This document shows positions 1 through 7,951 of a stretch of 19,450 nt of DNA, one piece after another. The position numbers and the translations under genes are program-made. Position 1 is the stretch's first letter. Each line of letters opens with the position of its first letter. This stretch comes from Pseudomonadota bacterium (GTDB lineage: Bacteria; Desulfobacterota; Desulfobacteria; Desulfobacterales; RPRI01): NCBI GenBank assembly GCA_043825875.1, contig JBDRRF010000052.1:1-19450 (forward strand). The letters are read 5' to 3'. The notes under the pieces were generated by a model. That model worked only from the letters and a program-made list of their open reading frames with translations. It was not told the DNA's origin and did not search any database.

Positions 1-141
1 AACCATGTCAAGCATTATTTTCTATTTTCAGTCACTACATTGGCTTTTCGACAAACCGCATACTATAATATCAAATAGTTAGATAGTTATGACCGCCAAA
101 TATAATAGATTTTTGCCTGTTTTTGTCGAACTTGGGTTAAC

Positions 142-417
142 TTATTTGGAAATACAGATAGGTGATGAACCTAAAACGCCAAGGAGCTTGATCTTCTTCG
201 CTCTTGGCTCTTTCTTGATCCTTATTTCCAGCCTGAGCGCCTCTGATCGTGTCATTGCCCGGCTTTTAGCTTCGAGGTGGACGGGAAACCTCCCCCGCGT
301 GTAAACCGCCCCCTTTCCGGAGTTGTGGGCCTGGATGCGCTTTAGAAGATTATTGGTTATCCCGCAATAAAGAGTTCCATCAGTGCATCGTACGAGATAA
401 ACAATCCAATTTTTCAT
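142..417 (-). CDS. GIY-YIG nuclease family protein (UPF0213/YhbQ-like)
   Basis: 91 aa ORF with WIVYLVRCTDGTLYCGITNNLLKRIQAHNSGKGAVYTR and RSEALRLE, matching small stand-alone GIY-YIG proteins. Confidence 0.9.
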   Translation of the reverse strand: MKNWIVYLVRCTDGTLYCGITNNLLKRIQAHNSGKGAVYTRGRFPVHLEAKSRAMTRSEALRLEIRIKKEPRAKKIKLLGVLGSSPICISK

Positions 418-790
418 TGATTAATAACTCTCCGCAAGTTTTATTGCTATAATACGGTTATCGGGATGAAACAGTATCTATTCATATTCGTGATGTAAGT
501 TTACCGCAAATTATCTCAACAGCTATCTCTAAATAACCACAGGATATTCGCCAGCCAGAAACCCTTTGATCAGTCTTTAATATGTGTATCATAGTATTAA
601 AATCAGATGTTCAAAAAAAGATATTAATGACTATTGAAGCATAAGTGCTCTCAAATAAAGGTATAAGGCAGATATTCAAAAAGTCTTTCAGCTTGGATGG
701 ATAATAATTAATATAGTTTGGGTAAAAAAGTGCAAACAAAAGAGAGGTTAGATAGCCAGACACTTCTTTGGACTTGTTTAAATTATAAAG

Positions 791-866
791 TGGTGGAGCT
801 GAGGAGGATCGAACTCCTGACCTCATGACTGCCAGTCATGCGCTCTCCCAGCTGAGCTACAGCCCC
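791..866 (-). tRNA. tRNA-Ala (anticodon GGC)
   Basis: Reverse complement GGGGCTGTAGCTCAGCTGGGAGAGCGCATGACTGGCAGTCATGAGGTCAGGAGTTCGATCCTCCTCAGCTCCACCA: 76 nt cloverleaf, anticodon stem CATGA/TCATG around CT-GGC-AG, TTCGA T-loop, G3:U70 alanine identity pair, encoded CCA. Confidence 0.98.
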
Positions 867-880
867 ATTCACTAACTGGC

Positions 881-909
881 CAAGTAACAAATAACATTAA
901 AAGAGTCAA
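881..909 (-). promoter_or_regulatory. Putative sigma70 promoter of tRNA-Ala
   Basis: Minus strand TTGACT (909-904), 17 bp spacer ending TGT, TACTTG (886-881), then a GC-rich GCCAG discriminator-like stretch; 14 nt upstream of the tRNA. Confidence 0.45.
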
Positions 910-929
910 CATTAAAATGTTGCCCCTGG

Positions 930-1799
930 TTACAGGCAATATACAAAAATTTTAGTTGCAATCTTTGCAGCAGTAAACTCCGATACATTAGAGCCATCTA
1001 TTTTCGATAGTTCGTTGATATCTGCTGCAATTACTTTTCTTTTTTTACCGACTGCTTTTATAAGCCTAATAAGCTGCCTGTAAGAAAGGCCCCCGGGTTC
1101 AGGAGTGCCTGTGCCTGGTAAAACCGAAGGATCAAGCCCGTCAAGATCTATAGTCATATATACTTTTTCAGGCAGAGTCCGTACAACTTTATCTATCCAC
1201 GAGTCATCAGAACATTCTATTTTATGCGCATAAAAGGGTTTTAATTTCTTTTTCTTAACATATTCGGATTCTTCTTCAGAAAAAGATCTTATTCCAACTT
1301 GGGTAACCGGTATCTTTATATCATCAACAACTCTTCGCATTACACAGGCATGATTATACTTGCTCCCGTTCCAGATATTTCTCAAATCAAGATGGGCGTC
1401 TACCTGCAACACTCCTATATCAGGATAAATTTGGGCTGCCGCCATTATGGGTCCGATTGAAATTGCATGGTCTCCGCCAAGAGATAATAAAAATTTATCT
1501 TTTTCAAGAACTGCCTTTGCAGCCTTTTTCATTTCTTTGACGGCTTTTTCAGGATCATTTGAGGGGATAAAAGGTTTAAGGGTATGAATACCTATTTCTT
1601 CCCAATTTATCAGAGTTTCTTCATCCATGCTTTCAAGCTGCATTGATGCATCAAGTATATGGTATGGACCATCTTGACTGCCGATTCCATATGATGGCGC
1701 ATTCTCATAGCATAGCGGTAATACAACTATTTTTGCATTATCAAAATCTCTTGGGGGAACTTCATTGCTGCCGAAATAAATTTGTTTTTTTCTTTTCAT
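930..1799 (-). CDS. speB: Agmatinase (arginase/ureohydrolase family)
   Basis: Metal-binding motifs GGDHAIS, DAHLDL, DLDGLDPS and PGTGTPEPGG; directly downstream of an arginine decarboxylase. Start may be ATG 1799 (MKRKK) or 1811 as in the ORF track. Confidence 0.92.
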   Translation of the reverse strand: MKRKKQIYFGSNEVPPRDFDNAKIVVLPLCYENAPSYGIGSQDGPYHILDASMQLESMDEETLINWEEIGIHTLKPFIPSNDPEKAVKEMKKAAKAVLEKDKFLLSLGGDHAISIGPIMAAAQIYPDIGVLQVDAHLDLRNIWNGSKYNHACVMRRVVDDIKIPVTQVGIRSFSEEESEYVKKKKLKPFYAHKIECSDDSWIDKVVRTLPEKVYMTIDLDGLDPSVLPGTGTPEPGGLSYRQLIRLIKAVGKKRKVIAADINELSKIDGSNVSEFTAAKIATKIFVYCL

Positions 1800-1895
1800 A
1801 AAAAACCACATTCAGTCAAAAAATTTTTGCCTTATGATAGATTAAAAAACACTGTTTGGTAAGCTGTATTCGGAAATAGAGAGAAAAGCCGCTAA

Positions 1896-1930
1896 TTTAA
1901 ACCTTTGGCTACTAAAGCCAAAGGTTTAAA
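1896..1930. terminator. Perfect 15-bp stem hairpin between pdaD and speB
   Basis: TTTAAACCTTTGGCT (1896-1910), loop ACTAA, AGCCAAAGGTTTAAA (1916-1930); 11 nt after the pdaD stop; no clean U-tract on the minus strand. Confidence 0.6.
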
Positions 1931-1941
1931 ACGGTTGTGAT

Positions 1942-2487
1942 TTATCCTACAAAAATGGCCGCTGCAACTACTGTAGTCCAGAGATTCCTCTCTGCACCCA
2001 AACAGCCTTGGCTTGTATGTTGTGATTTGACTATCTTTCCGCTCATTTTGTAAACTTCGCGCCGTTCGTCATAGTCTTTATTCGGATCAAAATCGATACC
2101 CAGAGTATTTGCAAGCATTGATGCGGCAAGATCTTCGGCATATTCACCGGCTTCAAGTTCAGTCTGGCCGAATCCGTGATGTTCGGAAAGATATCCGTAA
2201 CGTCCCGGTTCGGCAGGTAAAGCAAGGCCGATACTTGCAACAACTCTTCTGCCAGGCTCATTAATTTGCTCACGAGCCATAACACAATATGTTACTTCAC
2301 CCGCTTCAAGCTTTGAAAGCCCCTTTTCTAAATCTATTATCTTACAACGTGGCGGAAATATAGATGAAACTGTTACTATATTAAGATGCGCAATGCGCGC
2401 ATCGCGAAGAGCATTTTCAAAGGAAGACAATTTTTCCTTCGCTATTCCAAATCCTTTGGTGAAAAACATATACCTTGGTACATACAT
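1942..2487 (-). CDS. pdaD: Pyruvoyl-dependent arginine decarboxylase (PvlArgDC)
   Basis: [25 protein letters not shown] with the Ser-Ser autocleavage site, [19 protein letters not shown]-rich RBS upstream. Confidence 0.93.
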   Translation of the reverse strand: MYVPRYMFFTKGFGIAKEKLSSFENALRDARIAHLNIVTVSSIFPPRCKIIDLEKGLSKLEAGEVTYCVMAREQINEPGRRVVASIGLALPAEPGRYGYLSEHHGFGQTELEAGEYAEDLAASMLANTLGIDFDPNKDYDERREVYKMSGKIVKSQHTSQGCLGAERNLWTTVVAAAIFVG

Positions 2488-2715
2488 GTTTTGTCCCCCC
2501 TTTTTTATTTATTTAAACCAAATAATCATCATAAACTCATGACATAACAATCCTATCTTATAAATTAACAAACATTAAATCAGCTTGCTTGTTTATAAGA
2601 AACTTGCCTTTTTACATATCATAGAATGTATAATCAAGAAAAAAATGTGTTTTAATAATAATAAAAGATTTTTTCTTATAATTCCAACAAGATCAATAAA
2701 TAAATAAACAACAAT

Positions 2716-3939
2716 TTATGATAACTCGTGGCAGGCTTCTCTGATAAGCTTTCCTATTTCCAAATTCTGCGGACATTTCTGTTCAGCAGCGGAAAAATCT
2801 AGATCTGTTAATCTTTTTCTTTCCGAAAAGGGAATTGTTTCAAAAAGCTCTTTTGCTAATACCGGTTCCTTATAATTTCTTGAATACATAAGACAGCGCA
2901 TAAGGTTACCAATAGGAACGGTCCCGGAAACAGCAGCTTCGCAAATCCGGGTGCAGCCGGCGCAGTAGGTACAAGCCGTTTCTTTGGCATATTGATTTAA
3001 AAGTTCTTTTTCAACAGATGAAAGCCTGGTCTTATCTATAGCAGCGGCAATATTGGACATAAGGATGGTAATGCTAGGCATTTGTGAACAAATACTTGCA
3101 ATATCAGGATTTTCCCAGATAGCTTTTAACTTTGCCTGTTTATCGCTATATCCTTTTTTTATAAATCTTCCGGCCATCTCAAGCTCTGTTTCGGAGCTTG
3201 TATTAACCTGTCCTCCGCCTTGAGTTTTCATGGCGGTTAAACCTATTCCTGCTTTTACACAGGCATCTACCGCTTTTTTCATATTATCGGTATGCATAAG
3301 CCTGAAATTATATGTCATCATTATTCCGTCTATCCAGCCGAGACGTGAGGCAGCCATCATATTTTCTTCCATATTGCTGTGAGTGCTGAAACCGAAAAAC
3401 CGTATCTTCTTATCCGCCTTTGCCTTCTCAGCCCATTTTTTAGTGTTATTATCAAGTTCACTTATTTTTTTTAAACCATGAATAAAATACAGATCAACAT
3501 GAGAGGTTTTCATTCTTTCAAGAGACCGGTTCAAAAGGCGGGTCATTCCATCAGGATCTCTATCGTCAGACTTTGATACAAGAAATATTTTTTTTCGCCC
3601 TTCCGGGTATTTATCAAAAAACTTGCCTATACCCTGTTCGCTTTTCCCTCCCTCATAGCAATCAGCAGTATCCCAGTAGGTCACACCCCACTTAATAGCC
3701 TGTTTTAAAAGAAGCTGATTTGACGGTATATCAAACATTCCGCCAAGCGACAGCATAGATACATTCTCGCCTGTTTTGCCGAATGGGCGCTTTGCTACCA
3801 TATCCTTGCCGGTATTTTGCGTTTTATCCGGCATTTTTCCAAGAGAATCGGAAGATGACAGCATTGTTCCCAATCCTGCGATGGATGCGCTTCTCAAAAA
3901 ATCTCTTCGCGAAAAATTTTTTTTATTACTCTTCATCAT
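2716..3939 (-). CDS. Aldo/keto reductase with twin-arginine signal and C-terminal Fe-S Cys cluster
   Basis: SRRDFLR Tat motif; KRPFGKTG, YWDTADCY, SLERMKTSHVDLYFIH (AKR fold); CAGCTRIC...CLMY...CPQ Cys cluster. RBS GGAGGG spacing favours the second ATG (3936). Confidence 0.88.
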   Translation of the reverse strand: MMKSNKKNFSRRDFLRSASIAGLGTMLSSSDSLGKMPDKTQNTGKDMVAKRPFGKTGENVSMLSLGGMFDIPSNQLLLKQAIKWGVTYWDTADCYEGGKSEQGIGKFFDKYPEGRKKIFLVSKSDDRDPDGMTRLLNRSLERMKTSHVDLYFIHGLKKISELDNNTKKWAEKAKADKKIRFFGFSTHSNMEENMMAASRLGWIDGIMMTYNFRLMHTDNMKKAVDACVKAGIGLTAMKTQGGGQVNTSSETELEMAGRFIKKGYSDKQAKLKAIWENPDIASICSQMPSITILMSNIAAAIDKTRLSSVEKELLNQYAKETACTYCAGCTRICEAAVSGTVPIGNLMRCLMYSRNYKEPVLAKELFETIPFSERKRLTDLDFSAAEQKCPQNLEIGKLIREACHELS

Positions 3940-3954
3940 ATCCCTCCACTTGTA

Positions 3955-5889
3955 CTATAAAATAATGGATGCCATCCTGTTTCTAGACTCATTATCGGAT
4001 GTTACTCTTATAGCCCGTTTTGTTCTCACGGGGCATTCATGTTCACAAACTCCACAACCTATACAACGCATCGGATCTATATAAGGTTTCTGAAGTCGGA
4101 TATAAATTTCGGCTATACTTCCATACACCGGTTTTTGTACCCATGGATTAGCTGTTGATATTGAAACCTTTTTTTCAGTATTTTTTATTATGAGCCGTAT
4201 TTTATCATCTTTACCCGGAACTTTACAGAAATAATCTCCTGTTGAAAAAGAACCCGGATTAAAATTTGAATTTGCAAATTCAAGATTAAGCGAATCGGAA
4301 TTTGATATCTCCAATTGCTTACCAACAACGGCAAAAGCCTCTTTAGTTAAAATTGCTTTCGGACTTACAGGACAATTTTCCTGGCATACTATACAGGGTT
4401 TTTCCATAGCCCAGGGAAGACAGCGGCCCACATCTACAAATGCAGTTCCTATCCTCACAGGGCCTTTTGAAGCGAACTTGTTTTTACCCACTTTTTCATC
4501 AAGGTTTAAAGGGCGTATGGCTGATGTCGGGCATATATTACTGCAAGCCACACAATTTAGCTGGCAGCCGCTTGTACCAATTGTAAAATCAAGTGTCGGG
4601 CTCCAAAAACCCTCAATACCCGCTTCTGTTAAAGCAGGCTGAATTACATTGGTAGGACATATTTTCATGCACTGTCCGCATTTTATGCAGCGTGCAAGAA
4701 AACCGGTTTCTTCCAGGGCTCCCGGAGGTCTTATTAATTCGGGATTATTGGCTTTAACTGCGTTCCCGCTTAAGCGAAGCATTGGAATAGCCATAACTCC
4801 CGATACAAAAGAAGTAACCAGTTTTCTTTTTGTAAGATCAGGAGAAGTTATTTCACCTGAGGCGGATGCCGATGTTTTATATCCTATCAGATCATGCGGG
4901 CACACATGCAAACAATTCATACAAAGTACGCATTCGCTTGTTCTGATTTTTGAAGAAGGTGTGCATGCACCTTCGCAATTATGCTCGCATAACAGACAGT
5001 CAGGACATTTATCTTCTGATTTTCCAATTCGCCATATTGAATAACGGCTTAGCAAACCAAAAAGAGCGCCAAGCGGGCAAATGAATCTGCAATAAAATCT
5101 TGGAATGTATAAATTCATAAAAACCGCTGTAAGAAAAACCGCTCCAATAATAAATGCCCCATTATAAAACCTCGTGCTGTGTGAAAGCTTAAAAAAGGTT
5201 CCGTCCATAAGCGGAATCAAAACAAGATTTACCGATCTGTAAAAAAGAGGAATGGGGTCCAACAAACCTGTTTGCAGCGAAGATATTAAAATACGGCTTG
5301 TTTTAGGAAGCATTGATAAAAGTACTAATAATACTGATGCTGCAATAACTGAAATTAAAACATTTTTTGGTTTTGAAATGATTTTAAAAAAGGAGAAAAT
5401 AATTAATAAAAATATAATTGCCGCAATAAAGCTCCAAAAAATTATAGGGCGCTCACTGGAAAAACCTGAGATATATATCAGAAGATCAGACAGGGCAGCG
5501 CTTAAAAGAAATATAAGGAATATATATTTTAAGTTCTGAGCACTTCTATATTTATTATACTCTGCTTTTTTTGCAGCTGATTTCTTTCTGTTTGCAATAT
5601 ATCCCGTAAACTGATGAAGCGTTCCGAAAGGACACAGCCAACCACAGAAAAACCTTCCTATAATAATGGTAATAATAACTGTGGCAAAACCCCATATAAG
5701 ACCGGAATGTATGGAATGCGTTGTAAGAAGAGTTCCTATTGCTGAAAGAGGGTCCAGTTGAATAATCCAGTTTACCGGCCAGCCGCGTAACTGCCACCAT
5801 TCAACACCGGGGGCAGTCACAATACAGAACCAGATTGTGATAATAAAAAAAAAGCCCTGGCTTATTCGTCTTACAGTTGTGATTTTCAT
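3955..5889 (-). CDS. Membrane polyferredoxin: NapH/MauN-like 4Fe-4S binding domain fused to NapG/MauM-like ferredoxin
   Basis: Several TM helices; GRFFCGWLCPFG and RFYCRFICPLGA motifs; six ferredoxin-type Cys clusters; IRPPGA...FLARCIKCGQC as in NapG/MauM. Confidence 0.87.
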   Translation of the reverse strand: MKITTVRRISQGFFFIITIWFCIVTAPGVEWWQLRGWPVNWIIQLDPLSAIGTLLTTHSIHSGLIWGFATVIITIIIGRFFCGWLCPFGTLHQFTGYIANRKKSAAKKAEYNKYRSAQNLKYIFLIFLLSAALSDLLIYISGFSSERPIIFWSFIAAIIFLLIIFSFFKIISKPKNVLISVIAASVLLVLLSMLPKTSRILISSLQTGLLDPIPLFYRSVNLVLIPLMDGTFFKLSHSTRFYNGAFIIGAVFLTAVFMNLYIPRFYCRFICPLGALFGLLSRYSIWRIGKSEDKCPDCLLCEHNCEGACTPSSKIRTSECVLCMNCLHVCPHDLIGYKTSASASGEITSPDLTKRKLVTSFVSGVMAIPMLRLSGNAVKANNPELIRPPGALEETGFLARCIKCGQCMKICPTNVIQPALTEAGIEGFWSPTLDFTIGTSGCQLNCVACSNICPTSAIRPLNLDEKVGKNKFASKGPVRIGTAFVDVGRCLPWAMEKPCIVCQENCPVSPKAILTKEAFAVVGKQLEISNSDSLNLEFANSNFNPGSFSTGDYFCKVPGKDDKIRLIIKNTEKKVSISTANPWVQKPVYGSIAEIYIRLQKPYIDPMRCIGCGVCEHECPVRTKRAIRVTSDNESRNRMASIIL

Positions 5890-6174
5890 TTGGCGTAAAT
5901 GCTTATAAAAGGCTGATGCTTGTTATATGGTAAACTTTTGTCTGCCTGTAAATTTTATAAAATCCGGCAGTCTGTTATTTTAGAATCCTAAAAGGATAAT
6001 ATCACAAAATATTTCAATATTGTATGAAACAAATTACACAAAATATCCTATAACAGCAATATTTTTTTTATTTTCCCCTGGTTTTTTACGTTTATCAGAA
6101 TAATGAATCGATTTAGTTTTTAAGGGTTCGTAAAAAGCTAAATGCGGTTATCCTTTGTTGGATATAAATTAGTC

Positions 6175-6203
6175 TTGACTTAAAACGCTAAACTCCTTAT
6201 GCA
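6175..6203 (+). promoter_or_regulatory. Putative sigma70 promoter of the NSS transporter
   Basis: TTGACT (6175-6180), 17 bp spacer, TATGCA (6198-6203); RBS GAGGAG before ATG 6255. Confidence 0.45.
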
Positions 6204-6254
6204 GGTAGTGCTGTAAAAGCAGGCTCTTATCGTTCAAACCAAGAGGAGACATAA

Positions 6255-7772
6255 ATGGAAAACAGAGGCGCTTGGAAAACAAATACCGGTTTTTTGCTGG
6301 CGGCAATAGGCTCTGCTGTCGGATTAGGCAATATTTGGCGGTTTCCTTATGTGGCCTATGAAAACGGTGGTGGCGCGTTCTTGATTCCTTATGTGATAGC
6401 GCTTATTACAGCCGGTATTCCGATTTTGATGTTAGAGCTTGCTTTAGGGCAAAAAAAGAAAGCATCTGCGCCCATGGCTTTTTCCAAGATTGATTCCAAA
6501 TGGGAATGGCTTGGATGGTGGTCGGTCTCTTTTGTAATGTTCGGCATTGTACTTTACTACATTGTGGTTATAGGTTGGTGCGCCAATTATATGCTTTTTT
6601 CTGTTTTTAAAAGCTGGGGAGCAGATACCAATAATTTTTTCTTCAACAAATTTCTTGCCAAATCAGGCGGCGTCTGGGAGTTTGAGGGGCTAAACTATTC
6701 TATTGTAATCGCTGTATTCATTATATGGTTTCTCAATTGGCTTATCACATATAACGGTATTGAAAAAGGCATTGAAAGAGCGGCGAAACTAATGATGCCG
6801 CTTTTGTTCGTTATTACCGTAATTATTATGGGGTGGGCTATTTCCCTTGATGGTGCAAAAGAAGGCATCCGTCTTTATACAAAACCGGATTTTGCTAAAC
6901 TCCGAAATATTCAGGTTTGGATAGATGCCTATGGCCAGATTTTTTTCTCACTTTCTTTAGGCTTTGGCATTATGATCGCCTATGCTTCTTATCTGCCAAG
7001 AAAAACCAATATTTTAAAAAACAGCCTTATCATCGGTTTTTCAAATAGTTTTTATGAAGTATTTGCCGGTTTCGGAGTTTTTAGCATTTTAGGTTATATG
7101 GCCTTAAAGTTGGGCAAACCCATAGAAGAAGTAGTAACAAGCGGAATCGGCCTGGCATTTGTAGCATATCCGGAGGCAATTTCGCTGCTTCCCTTTGGTC
7201 AGGTTTTTGGTGTTCTTTTTTTCTTCCTGCTGGTTATAGCAGGAATCTCTTCGTCTATTTCAATCATCGAGGCCTTTTCTTCTGCTATCCTCGACAAATT
7301 TGGAATACCCCGCAAAAAAGTTATTACTACCGTCTGCATTATCGGGTTTTTCGGTTCTTTGCTGTTTACTACCCATGCCGGTTTGTTCTGGCTTGATATA
7401 GTGGATCACTTTTTAAACCACTTCGGCCTTGTGACAGTGGGTATCTTGGAAGCTATAGTAATCGGATGGCTTTATAAAACACATCGCTTAAAAAACCACA
7501 TTGTAGATAACCTGGGACTTTCCGGTAACCGGCACCGGGTTTTTAAATACATTATTTTACAGATCTGGATGTACTGCATCAAATTCATAACACCTGTAGC
7601 ACTGGGCATTGCTCTAATCTACAGCCTGATAGAAGAATTTAAAACACCATATGGAGGCTATCCTGTTTCTGCCATAGTTGTGTTAGGCATCGGATGGCTT
7701 CTGGTAACACATCTTTTAGCTTTTGGACTAAGCGGGCTTCCGTGGAAAAAAGAGATAAAACGGGAAGAATGA
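6255..7772 (+). CDS. Sodium-dependent transporter, neurotransmitter:sodium symporter (NSS/SNF) family
   Basis: RGAW...AAIGSAVGLGNIWRFPY, NGGGAFLIPY, QIFFSLSLGFG and GLAFVAYPEAI signature motifs; about 11-12 hydrophobic helices. Confidence 0.95.
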   Translation: MENRGAWKTNTGFLLAAIGSAVGLGNIWRFPYVAYENGGGAFLIPYVIALITAGIPILMLELALGQKKKASAPMAFSKIDSKWEWLGWWSVSFVMFGIVLYYIVVIGWCANYMLFSVFKSWGADTNNFFFNKFLAKSGGVWEFEGLNYSIVIAVFIIWFLNWLITYNGIEKGIERAAKLMMPLLFVITVIIMGWAISLDGAKEGIRLYTKPDFAKLRNIQVWIDAYGQIFFSLSLGFGIMIAYASYLPRKTNILKNSLIIGFSNSFYEVFAGFGVFSILGYMALKLGKPIEEVVTSGIGLAFVAYPEAISLLPFGQVFGVLFFFLLVIAGISSSISIIEAFSSAILDKFGIPRKKVITTVCIIGFFGSLLFTTHAGLFWLDIVDHFLNHFGLVTVGILEAIVIGWLYKTHRLKNHIVDNLGLSGNRHRVFKYIILQIWMYCIKFITPVALGIALIYSLIEEFKTPYGGYPVSAIVVLGIGWLLVTHLLAFGLSGLPWKKEIKREE

Positions 7773-7778
7773 TTTAAA

Positions 7779-7829
7779 GATGAAAACACCCATGGTCTTT
7801 TGAAGCAATGTTTTCCAAAGAGAACTGAT
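7779..7829 (+). pseudogene. IS30-family transposase remnant
   Basis: Translates to DENTHGLLKQCFPKRTD versus the remembered IS30 motif NENTNGLLRQYFPKGTD: 12/17 identical, and all five differences are reachable by single-base changes; no start codon or full ORF. Confidence 0.72.
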
Positions 7830-7951
7830 AAAAGTAACAACTTATTCAAAAATATTGATAAAAGCAACTATACCTGATAATAGATAAAATCTGAATTTAT
7901 CAGATCAAAACATCATGTTAATCACTGGTTGGCTTATAATTAACAGCAATA

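Noticed and set aside
89..304. Short shadow ORFs (89-304 and also 2043-2285, 3776-4084, 4649-5044, 5252-5539, 8098-8301, 9034-9261, 13359-13577, 14750-15106, 16435-16662, 17812-18030, 18349-18606 and similar)
   Set aside because: Antisense or out-of-frame overlaps with well-supported genes; no RBS or motif support
78..755. GTTAGATAG direct repeat (78-86 and 747-755) around the GIY-YIG gene
   Set aside because: 9 bp AT-rich match with no other evidence of a mobile element
611..826. 71 aa minus-strand ORF
   Set aside because: Starts inside tRNA-Ala and runs through AT-rich intergenic DNA; no recognisable motif
6181..6254. Amino-acid riboswitch upstream of the NSS transporter
   Set aside because: Predicted leader is only about 45 nt and has no recognisable SAM, lysine, glycine or T-box motifs
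7770..7877. TGA read-through (selenocysteine) extension of the NSS transporter, or a MetS-like small subunit gene
   Set aside because: The transporter is complete at the TGA, the in-frame downstream peptide is better explained as an IS30 remnant, and no small hydrophobic ORF is present
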